The notes under the pieces were generated by a model that saw only the letters and a program-made list of their open reading frames with translations, was not told where the DNA came from and did no database searches. The position numbers and the translations under genes were made by a program. A stretch of DNA of 64,000 nucleotides from a virus (lineage: Duplodnaviria; Heunggongvirae; Uroviricota; Caudoviricetes), in IMG/VR virus record IMGVR_UViG_3300006145_000006, positions 2,480 to 66,479 of that record; one strand, 5' to 3'. Within the stretch, counting starts at the first letter, position 1. Every line of letters starts with the position of its first letter. Below, piece by piece: positions 18,295-25,122 of the stretch.

Positions 18295-19386
18295 ATGGCT
18301 GTTTTACGTGTTCAGGAAAATATCAAGAAAGAAGACGGAACTTATGATACAGTACATAAGGAAACTGAGGCCAGCTTGGTTTTGTTTGATGATAATGAAA
18401 CATTCCAGCAAAAATATGATTCTGGGGAGTTGACTGGGACAGACGGCTCTAGTGGCAAGTCCGCCTACCAGCAAGCGGTTGAGGGTGGCTATACTGGGAC
18501 GGAGTCGGAATTTAACGCCATACTGGCGAGCGGACCGTGGTTGCCGACAGCAGGAGGAAATATGTCTGGGAAAATTTCTCTTCCAAGTGGAAAACCTGGT
18601 CTTAGCGGTGGGCTTTCCAATATTACGTTTGGAACAGGCCCAGACGGTGAAGACATTTTTATTGAAACATATCACGGTGGCGGGACTGTTGATATCGATG
18701 GTAAAGTTGAAGCAAAATCGATACAGCTCAAGGATGAAAACGTTGTAACTTCTTCCAGCCCAAGTAGCATATTGACAACCAAAAAGTATGTGGATGAAAA
18801 TAGAGGACTCCCAATTTTGGGTGGAGATATGCAAGGTATGATTGATATGACCAATCATGCTATCACCGGGTTACCTAGCCCCACAGCCCCTAGTGATGCA
18901 GTAAACTATCACCAACTGGTTTTGGGACAGCTTAGATGTACTCCTTTATTATTAGAGTTTTATATGGAAGAGGAGTATAGTCAAGCAAAGACACTTGCTT
19001 TCAGAGATGTAGTTTATGGAACTCTTAATAATCTAGGCTACTCCTATGATAGTAAACATGCTATTATTCTAGATATTTTTTATGGTAATACAGGCTTTTT
19101 GCTTTTTGGCAACCAAGGCATTAGGTGGAAAAGTATTCGTATATATGCTCCTAATTATGCAACTATATTTTCAGAGTGGAGTGTAGGAGGTAGTGCTTTA
19201 ACTGCTGAATATAACTCAAGCTCTACTGGCGGATTAAAACAGAAAACTTTTGTAGGTAAATATCAAGCTCCGTACTTATATGTAGACATTTCTGACTTTA
19301 ACTATGCGGCAGCTGGATTAAAAATAAGTGGTAAAATGCCTGTATTTTATGGTTCAGAATATACAGATTGGAGTGCATCCTTGTGA
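18295..19386 (+). CDS. tail fiber / receptor-binding protein (mosaic: AT-rich C-terminal third)
   Basis: Phage fiber motifs GKSAYQQAVEGGYTGTESEFNAILAS, LPTAGGNMSGKISLP and TTKKYVDE. GC drops sharply after ~18.9 kb. Confidence 0.7.
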   Translation: MAVLRVQENIKKEDGTYDTVHKETEASLVLFDDNETFQQKYDSGELTGTDGSSGKSAYQQAVEGGYTGTESEFNAILASGPWLPTAGGNMSGKISLPSGKPGLSGGLSNITFGTGPDGEDIFIETYHGGGTVDIDGKVEAKSIQLKDENVVTSSSPSSILTTKKYVDENRGLPILGGDMQGMIDMTNHAITGLPSPTAPSDAVNYHQLVLGQLRCTPLLLEFYMEEEYSQAKTLAFRDVVYGTLNNLGYSYDSKHAIILDIFYGNTGFLLFGNQGIRWKSIRIYAPNYATIFSEWSVGGSALTAEYNSSSTGGLKQKTFVGKYQAPYLYVDISDFNYAAAGLKISGKMPVFYGSEYTDWSASL

Positions 19387-20138
19387 TCAAATTAGGAGCT
19401 GTTTTACTTATTCGTGATGAGAATGAATACCTCCCTGAGTGGCTAAAGTGGCACGCGGCCCAGGGGGTAGAGCATTTCTATATCTATGATGACAGCAGGG
19501 AGTCCTCTGTACCGGACGTGCTGGGGGAGTACGCTACCATGTGTACGGTGCGGGACGCGACGCGGTATCAGTATCACCTTCAATTTGAGGCATACATCGA
19601 TGCGTTGCGACGATTCGGTCACGAGACTGAGTGGATGGCGTTTATCGATACCGACGAATTCCTACGTAGCGTAAATGGAATGGCTATTACCAGCATTTTG
19701 GATGACACGCCAGATAACGCGGCAGCGGTATTGTGCCCGTGGGTAGTTTACAACGCCAACGGGCATGTGACTCAAACAAGCGGAGCGGTGCGGGAACGAT
19801 TTACACAAACTGTCGATTGGCCACTAAAGAACCCCTGCTGGAAGAGCATTGTGCGACCCACGCTGGTTCAGGCAATGTCGGCACACATCCCTATCAGGAT
19901 GTCGAGTGGGGCGATTATAGTAGACACTAATGGCGTAGAGGTCGAAGATAGATACACACTGCCATCGGACAAGCTAGTAATTGACCACTACTATACTAAA
20001 AGCTATGAAGAGTGGGTAGAGCGTTTAGCTAAGGGAAGTTGTGACCCTTACAGTGCTAGAGAAATGGAGTGGTTTACCCAGCTCAATCCCGACTTGGAGG
20101 ATGAGGTGGCAACCTATGAGGAAGGTGTTAACGTTTGA
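19383..20138 (+). CDS. glycosyltransferase, GT92/DUF23-like (GT-A fold)
   Basis: HFYIYDD and FIDTDEF motifs. GTG start with a GGAGTG SD (the ORF track begins at 19368). Confidence 0.6.
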   Translation: MIKLGAVLLIRDENEYLPEWLKWHAAQGVEHFYIYDDSRESSVPDVLGEYATMCTVRDATRYQYHLQFEAYIDALRRFGHETEWMAFIDTDEFLRSVNGMAITSILDDTPDNAAAVLCPWVVYNANGHVTQTSGAVRERFTQTVDWPLKNPCWKSIVRPTLVQAMSAHIPIRMSSGAIIVDTNGVEVEDRYTLPSDKLVIDHYYTKSYEEWVERLAKGSCDPYSAREMEWFTQLNPDLEDEVATYEEGVNV

Positions 20139-20307
20139 AAGACCATGTTTGGGAACACAACAACCGATACCGACTTGTTAAAGTAGATGGGCAGCAAGAT
20201 CAGTACGACCTTATTCCTGTTCCTGAAACGGTGTACCAGGTTGGGCACCTATTAATAAGGCGATGCCGACGCAGATTTTGAGTTGTAGCAAAAAGATGCA
20301 TAAGGAC

Positions 20308-20343
20308 ACAGAAAGCGACACATCTGAACAGATGTGTCGCTTT
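20308..20343 (+). terminator. 16-bp perfect hairpin (GAAAGCGACACATCTG-aac-CAGATGTGTCGCTTTC) abutting the lysin SD
   Basis: Perfect inverted repeat followed by ACATTTTGGAGGTG. Terminator or translational control element. Confidence 0.45.
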
Positions 20344-20362
20344 CACATTTTGGAGGTGAACA

Positions 20363-21229
20363 ATGAATCATAAAGATCTTACAGTCAAGCGTTTGCTGGA
20401 CACCGCATCGGATGAGGTGGGCTATCTGGAAAAGAAGTCCGCCGCCAATCTGGACGATAAGACCGCCAACGCCGGGAACAAGAACTACACCAAGTATGCC
20501 AGCGACCTGGATGCCATCAAGGGGTTCTACAACGGGCGCAAGCAGGGGAGCTCTTGGTGCGACGTGTTTGTGGACTGGTGCTTTGTGCAAGCCTTTGGGG
20601 TGGAGGTGGCCCTGAAGCTCCTGTGTCAGGTCATGGGCGGCTGCGGGGCGGGGGTAAAGTACTCCGCCCAGTATTTCAAGGCGAAAGGACAGTTTATTTT
20701 CAAAGACCCAAGCCCCGGCGACCAGATTTTCTTTGTGCGGCGGGACAAGGCGGGCAACATCGCCGCATGGCTTCACACGGGCATTGTAGAGAAGGTAGCG
20801 GGCGGGTATGTCTACACCATTGAAGGCAACACCGGCGGCACGTCCGGGGTGGTGAGCAACGGCGGCGGGGTGTGTCGCAAGAGGTACACGCTGAACAGCT
20901 CCAGCATAGGGGGGTATGGCCGCCCGGACTGGAGCTTGGTGCCGCAGGAGATAACCGCGCCACCCAGACAAGACAAAATGGAGGATGATGACATGATGGA
21001 TGTGACCAAGTTCGAGGAGCTTTTTAACGAGATGCGTCACGAGCTTCAGGACAATGACAGCGGCAAGTGGAGCGAAGAAGCTCGGCGGTGGGCGATTTCC
21101 TCTGGTCTAGTGGCCGGGAACGGCACTCAAATCAGCGGGGAGCCCAACTACATGTGGGAAGATATTCTCACCAGAGAGCAGCTTGTGACAGTGCTCTACC
21201 GCTTTGCAAAGTTGATTGGACAAGCATAA
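20363..21229 (+). CDS. endolysin: N-terminal CHAP peptidase + C-terminal SLH-like wall-binding domain
   Basis: CHAP motifs (NYTKYA...GSSWCDVFVDWCF...HTGIV...YTIEGNT). SD GGAGGTG. Confidence 0.8.
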   Translation: MNHKDLTVKRLLDTASDEVGYLEKKSAANLDDKTANAGNKNYTKYASDLDAIKGFYNGRKQGSSWCDVFVDWCFVQAFGVEVALKLLCQVMGGCGAGVKYSAQYFKAKGQFIFKDPSPGDQIFFVRRDKAGNIAAWLHTGIVEKVAGGYVYTIEGNTGGTSGVVSNGGGVCRKRYTLNSSSIGGYGRPDWSLVPQEITAPPRQDKMEDDDMMDVTKFEELFNEMRHELQDNDSGKWSEEARRWAISSGLVAGNGTQISGEPNYMWEDILTREQLVTVLYRFAKLIGQA

Positions 21230-21528
21230 TGCAAAATAACAAGAAAGAGTATTCAAAGAAGCTGATTTCCGATATCCGGTGGCTACTTTGGATCGTGACG
21301 GTAGGCGGTATTTTCCTTGCCGCCTTTTGTATTCGTGAGGGGTATGTGGGATCCTTACCCTGGCTATCTGCCATGGTTGGACTTCCTTGGTCGGCGCACG
21401 GCGTGGTTTGTGCCTTTTATCTTAACATGGCTAAGTCCGACCACAAAGAGGGTGGAATTACATTTGAGACCGCAAAAGCGGCTGGATTTTCAGAGACGAT
21501 TTCCTCTGACGACAGCCCGATGATTTAG
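21229..21528 (+). CDS. holin-like small membrane protein (2 TM), ATG overlapping the lysin stop (TAATG)
   Basis: 100 aa with two hydrophobic helices (WLLWIVTVGGIFLAAFCI; WLSAMVGLPWSAHGVVCAFYL). Confidence 0.55.
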   Translation: MQNNKKEYSKKLISDIRWLLWIVTVGGIFLAAFCIREGYVGSLPWLSAMVGLPWSAHGVVCAFYLNMAKSDHKEGGITFETAKAAGFSETISSDDSPMI

Positions 21529-21545
21529 CATAAGGAGAATACAAT

Positions 21546-21890
21546 ATGAGTGAATTTCTGAGCATTGTGATCAAGTGTGTTGGTGTGATCGCGGTTGCCG
21601 TTGTCACCTACGTGGTCGTTCCTGCCATCAAGGAATGGCGCAACAACAAGCTGACTGCCTCCCAGCAAAACCAGCTTACCTTCTGGGTGGAGACTGGCGT
21701 TCTGTGGGCAAAGCAGTGGCTCCAGAGTGAGACAGGGGAGCAGAAAAAGGCGCAGGTTATGGATTGGGTACGGTTTAAGGTCAACGAGCTTGGCCTACCC
21801 TTCTCTGACGAAGATATCGATAAGTGCATCGAGGCAGTCTACAGCACCGTGAAGGATGTTGTGGATGTGACTACCGGAAATGTCGCCTAA
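21546..21890 (+). CDS. phage holin family protein (1 N-terminal TM + charged C-terminus)
   Basis: SD TAAGGAGAA. TM segment VIKCVGVIAVAVVTYVVVPAI. Confidence 0.6.
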   Translation: MSEFLSIVIKCVGVIAVAVVTYVVVPAIKEWRNNKLTASQQNQLTFWVETGVLWAKQWLQSETGEQKKAQVMDWVRFKVNELGLPFSDEDIDKCIEAVYSTVKDVVDVTTGNVA

Positions 21891-21908
21891 TTAGGAGGTT
21901 GCCCCGTT

Positions 21909-22352
21909 ATGGAACCGATGGAAGTAATCACACGCGCACTAAGCGTACTTGCAAAGATAGGCACTGTCCTCGGAGCCCTGTCTGTCTTTATTGAAATCAC
22001 GCCCATCAAGGTAAACCCAATATCGTGGTTCTTTCGCAAGATAGGGCGTGCGTTTAACGCAGAGTTGATCCAGCGTATTACGGCACTGGAGAGCGAGGTC
22101 ACAACGATGAAAAGAGACGAAGACGAAAGGGACGCAAAGGAAAGCCGCAAGGAGATCCTCAAATTCGGTGATGAGTTGCTACACGGTATGAGGCACAGCA
22201 AAGAAAACTTTGATCGGATCTTGATGTGTATTACCGAGTACGCACAATATTGCGACTCTCACAAGGCGTTCAAAAACAACGTAACCGAGGAAACGACAAG
22301 GCATATTCTGAGTACTTATGAGAAGTGTATGGAAGAGCACAGCTTTTTATAA
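21909..22352 (+). CDS. membrane-anchored protein of the lysis cassette (function unknown)
   Basis: SD AGGAGGT; N-terminal TM; 147 aa. Confidence 0.5.
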   Translation: MEPMEVITRALSVLAKIGTVLGALSVFIEITPIKVNPISWFFRKIGRAFNAELIQRITALESEVTTMKRDEDERDAKESRKEILKFGDELLHGMRHSKENFDRILMCITEYAQYCDSHKAFKNNVTEETTRHILSTYEKCMEEHSFL

Positions 22353-22374
22353 GCTCTGAGCAACAGGCACAGAA

Positions 22375-22413
22375 GAGGAAGTTGGCCCATAAGGGCCAAC
22401 TTCCTCTTTTTTT
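22375..22413 (+). terminator. rho-independent terminator ending the late operon (GAGGAAGTTGGCCC-ataa-GGGCCAACTTCCTC + T7)
   Basis: 14-bp perfect stem followed by TTTTTTT. Confidence 0.8.
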
Positions 22414-22441
22414 ACAAAAACAGCTGAGTCAAAAGCTTCTG

Positions 22442-22726
22442 TCAAAACGGCCGTGGGGTCCCGTCCTCCATGATACCAACAGAATTACACTTCTTGGATG
22501 TAAGTACAAACGCGGGCATTTGATGGGTCCCGTCCTCCATCGTAAAACTGCGCCCGTGCGAAGGCAGTTTCCAAATCGGCACTCCTTCGCCGTCAACAAT
22601 GTCGGGGTATAGCTCAGATGCCTTTGCCCGAATCAGACCGATATCTGAACTTCGCCCGGTTGCTTCATAAATCTCAACGATTTGATCTTCTGTAAAATAT
22701 GTGTGGCGTTCCTTTATGTCGATCAT
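22442..22726 (-). CDS. hypothetical protein between lysis module and attP (lysogenic-conversion position); internal MEDGT repeat
   Basis: Start MIDIKE with a GGAGGT SD. Contains two 16-bp direct repeats (GGGTCCCGTCCTCCAT) 61 bp apart. Confidence 0.45.
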   Translation of the reverse strand: MIDIKERHTYFTEDQIVEIYEATGRSSDIGLIRAKASELYPDIVDGEGVPIWKLPSHGRSFTMEDGTHQMPAFVLTSKKCNSVGIMEDGTPRPF

Positions 22727-23220
22727 AGACACTACCTCCACAATCGTTTATAGCCTTTCTATATTGCTTTGCATTATAACATAATTTTGTTAAAATCACA
22801 AGTATGCATATGGGGGTTGTGTTGGTGGCAATACCAACTTAGCTCTTATTTTTACGTTTTTTTACCCGATAATCAGTTGTTCCGTTGTGAGGTAAGGTGG
22901 TTTTTAGACCTGGATAAATCTTCTTCCTTCTTAGCCATAACTATCCCCTCTGTTGAATTACATCAGCGCATAGTGCCCCTATGCGTTCATGTGATTTAAC
23001 AGATTGTACCACAACTTTCTGGTAACGGCAAGGATGGGACAAAACTTCCTAACCAAATTGTAGCAGTCAGGCCCGCTGTCCTTAGAGATTCAGTCATTTA
23101 GCTAGCATGAGTTTCCTAACCGTTTGCTAACCAAAGCATGAATTTTTACATTTTGGACGAACCACTTGCACCGCAAGAACTTCCCAATTCAAAACCCCGA
23201 AAGCGTTGAAAATAAAAGGA

Positions 23221-23250
23221 TTGACAGTACACATGGCATCATGATATAAT
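23221..23250 (+). promoter_or_regulatory. sigma70-like promoter TTGACA-18nt-TATAAT reading into the att core
   Basis: Consensus hexamers; a short transcript would end at the terminator 23338-23369. Confidence 0.4.
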
Positions 23251-23301
23251 ACCACACAACACAGGGTAGCATCTATGAGGTTAGACTCTGACTCTGTTTG
23301 T

Positions 23302-23329
23302 GAGGGTTCGAATCCTTCTCCCGCTGCCA
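23302..23329 (+). other. attP core candidate: tRNA 3'-end-like segment (T-arm GAGGGTTCGAATCCTTC + acceptor 3' strand + GCCA), not a complete tRNA
   Basis: T-loop/acceptor/CCA signature without a matching 5' acceptor strand. Flanked on both sides by TTCCTAACC repeats and adjacent to xis-int. Confidence 0.5.
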
Positions 23330-23337
23330 ACGGAAAA

Positions 23338-23369
23338 CCACCTTTTTCTTCGGAGAAGGGTGGTTTTTT
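23338..23369. terminator. hairpin + T6 terminator between the att core and the convergent int gene
   Basis: 10-bp stem (2 G-U) followed by TTTTTT. Also plausible as the int terminator on the - strand. Confidence 0.5.
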
Positions 23370-23421
23370 GTATCTTTTGGCGCGGATTAAGCTTTTCTGC
23401 CGAGAGCTTCCTAACCATTTC

Positions 23422-24588
23422 CTAACCGTTTGCTATGCTTTTGTCTGGAGAGCCCAACACGGAGTCCAAAATTTGAGCGGGGACAATTTTTGCCTCGGCC
23501 AGCAAACCGCCGTAGTATTCATCTGTAGTGGCGTAGCTTTCATGGCCCAACCAGTTTTGGACTGACTGCATGGTGGCTCCGTTGGAGAGAAGCAGAACGG
23601 CGTTGGTGTGCCTGAGATCATGGAAGCGGATCACACGCAAGCTGTTTTTTCGCAGGAACTTTGGGAAGTTCCAGGAGATATAGCCCGGGGTAATGAGGTT
23701 TCCGATCTTGTCCACACAAACAAAGTTTTCCCATTTGGTATTATAGCTCTCACCGCACAAAAGGCGTTGTTCCATCTGCGCTATCTTCCAATGTCGAAGA
23801 ACTCTACACTGTTCATCGGTCAGAGGGAATATCCGTTCCCCAGCCTTGGACTTTGGATGATCCCGGTAACTGTACTGACTGGAAGTCCCTTCCTGCACAA
23901 TGACGCCGGTGATCGACATGGTCTTCCTGGCGAAGTCAATATCCTTCCAGCGTAGTCCTGTGGCCTCACCACGACGCAAGCCAAACCAACAGGCCAGATA
24001 GACGGGGCGTTCCAGTTTTGTACCCACAGTGGCACTCAAAAGCGCCTGGGATTCCTCGGCGGTATAAAAGCTACCTTGAAATTTTTTGACTTTTGGGAGG
24101 ATGACTCGCTCGGCCGGATTACTTGCCACCACACCTAAACGAACAGCGTCCTTCAGAGCGGAATAGATAGCGGCTTGGTAGTGGCTGATAGTATTGGCTG
24201 ATACTCCGTCCTTTGTCTGCTTGTAGCGGTAGAAGCTCTCAATTTCGGCTACTCCGCAGTCTTGAAGGGCAATGCCACATTCGTCAAAATAGGGGGAAAT
24301 GACATTATCTATCATTTTCCTGTAGCTTCGGTACGTACTATCCTCAATACTGGGCTTCTTTCTTTCCAGCCAATCCTTCAGAAATGCAGCAAAAGACATT
24401 TCCTTGTAGTTTGGACATATTTTCTGCTTCCATTCAGCTAAAGTTTGCTCTTTTACCGCTTCTCCCGCTCGTTTTCCGTATTTGATTGGTAAGTCCGTGG
24501 GAATCCACTTCTGCTTCCTCTTGGTGCCTTGTTTCCAATTCAAGACAACATATACGGTATCGTTTTTCATTTGCAGGCTTGCTGTCAA
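23422..24588 (-). CDS. int: tyrosine integrase (phage integrase family)
   Basis: C-terminal catalytic R...HDLRHT...LGHESYATTDEYY signature. N-terminal SAM-like DNA-binding domain. Confidence 0.9.
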   Translation of the reverse strand: MTASLQMKNDTVYVVLNWKQGTKRKQKWIPTDLPIKYGKRAGEAVKEQTLAEWKQKICPNYKEMSFAAFLKDWLERKKPSIEDSTYRSYRKMIDNVISPYFDECGIALQDCGVAEIESFYRYKQTKDGVSANTISHYQAAIYSALKDAVRLGVVASNPAERVILPKVKKFQGSFYTAEESQALLSATVGTKLERPVYLACWFGLRRGEATGLRWKDIDFARKTMSITGVIVQEGTSSQYSYRDHPKSKAGERIFPLTDEQCRVLRHWKIAQMEQRLLCGESYNTKWENFVCVDKIGNLITPGYISWNFPKFLRKNSLRVIRFHDLRHTNAVLLLSNGATMQSVQNWLGHESYATTDEYYGGLLAEAKIVPAQILDSVLGSPDKSIANG

Positions 24589-24836
24589 AGCACATACACT
24601 CCTTCCTCGTGACAGCTTGGATTAGCCTGACTGCTACATGGTCCATTATGACATATGCCAGCAGACTTTTCAACATATTCCATCAACGCAGCTTTGGGAA
24701 TGCGGATAGCATTCCCAACCCTAAAATACCTGATTTTATTATTTCCAATCAATTTGTAGGCTGTGCTTCTTCCTATTTTTAGTATCTCCTGTAAATTGTT
24801 TATTGTTAAAATGTCTGGGATATTATTTGTGTTCAA
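24585..24836 (-). CDS. xis: excisionase/HTH_17-family DNA-binding protein
   Basis: LTINNLQEILKIGRSTAYKLIGNNKIRYFRVGNAIRIPKAAL is a winged-helix Xis/MerR-like fold. TTG start with an AGGAGG SD. Overlaps int by 4 nt. Confidence 0.7.
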   Translation of the reverse strand: MNTNNIPDILTINNLQEILKIGRSTAYKLIGNNKIRYFRVGNAIRIPKAALMEYVEKSAGICHNGPCSSQANPSCHEEGVYVL

Positions 24837-24857
24837 TGCTATCCTCCTGTGTTAGCA

Positions 24858-24887
24858 AATAGGGCGGCCGTAATTGGCCGCCCTATT
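24858..24887 (-). terminator. 12-bp perfect hairpin (AATAGGGCGGCC-gtaatt-GGCCGCCCTATT) then UUUGCU on the - strand; separates the nucleotide operon from xis-int
   Basis: Perfect inverted repeat; modest U-tract in the - orientation. Confidence 0.4.
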
Positions 24888-24921
24888 CATCATTGTAAAT
24901 TGATGCGAGAGAACTCCCCTA

Positions 24922-25122
24922 TTAAATAGAAAAGGTATCTTCAAACATTTCGCTCATGGTTTCAGCATAGAAGTAATCCACTTCTTCGTTTGTTGCACAA
25001 TCCATGCACACAAATTCCTCTTCGATATAATATGCTTTATCGTAATCGTACAATTCCGTTCCGCAACGAGAACACCTTCCATATTCGTCATCAGAATGGA
25101 TGTTATTGTACCCATATAACAT
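24922..25122 (-). CDS. small zinc-ribbon protein downstream of nrdD
   Basis: 66 aa with CSRCG...CMDC. Confidence 0.45.
   Translation of the reverse strand: MLYGYNNIHSDDEYGRCSRCGTELYDYDKAYYIEEEFVCMDCATNEEVDYFYAETMSEMFEDTFSI

Larger units (their letters stand above)
23055..23437. repeat. integrase arm-type site candidates: >=4 copies of TTCCTAACC(g/a)TTTGCTA-like motif flanking the core
   Basis: Copies at ~23055, ~23115, ~23408 and ~23418. The spacing pattern resembles the P/P' arms of lambda-type attP. Confidence 0.45.

Noticed and set aside
20252-21040. 262-aa - strand ORF
   Set aside because: Antisense to the CHAP endolysin gene; Pro/Ala/Gly/Arg-rich low-complexity translation; no SD.
22456-22532. 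Direct repeats, considered as a possible CRISPR-like array
   Set aside because: Only two 16-bp copies, inside a coding region, with no further periodic repeats. No CRISPR array was seen anywhere in the window.
23254-23329. Possible complete tRNA gene upstream of the integrase
   Set aside because: Only the T-arm, 3' acceptor strand and CCA are present. No sequence complementary to the acceptor (AGCGGGA) or any anticodon stem-loop can be found in the preceding ~60 nt. Interpreted as an att core fragment instead.
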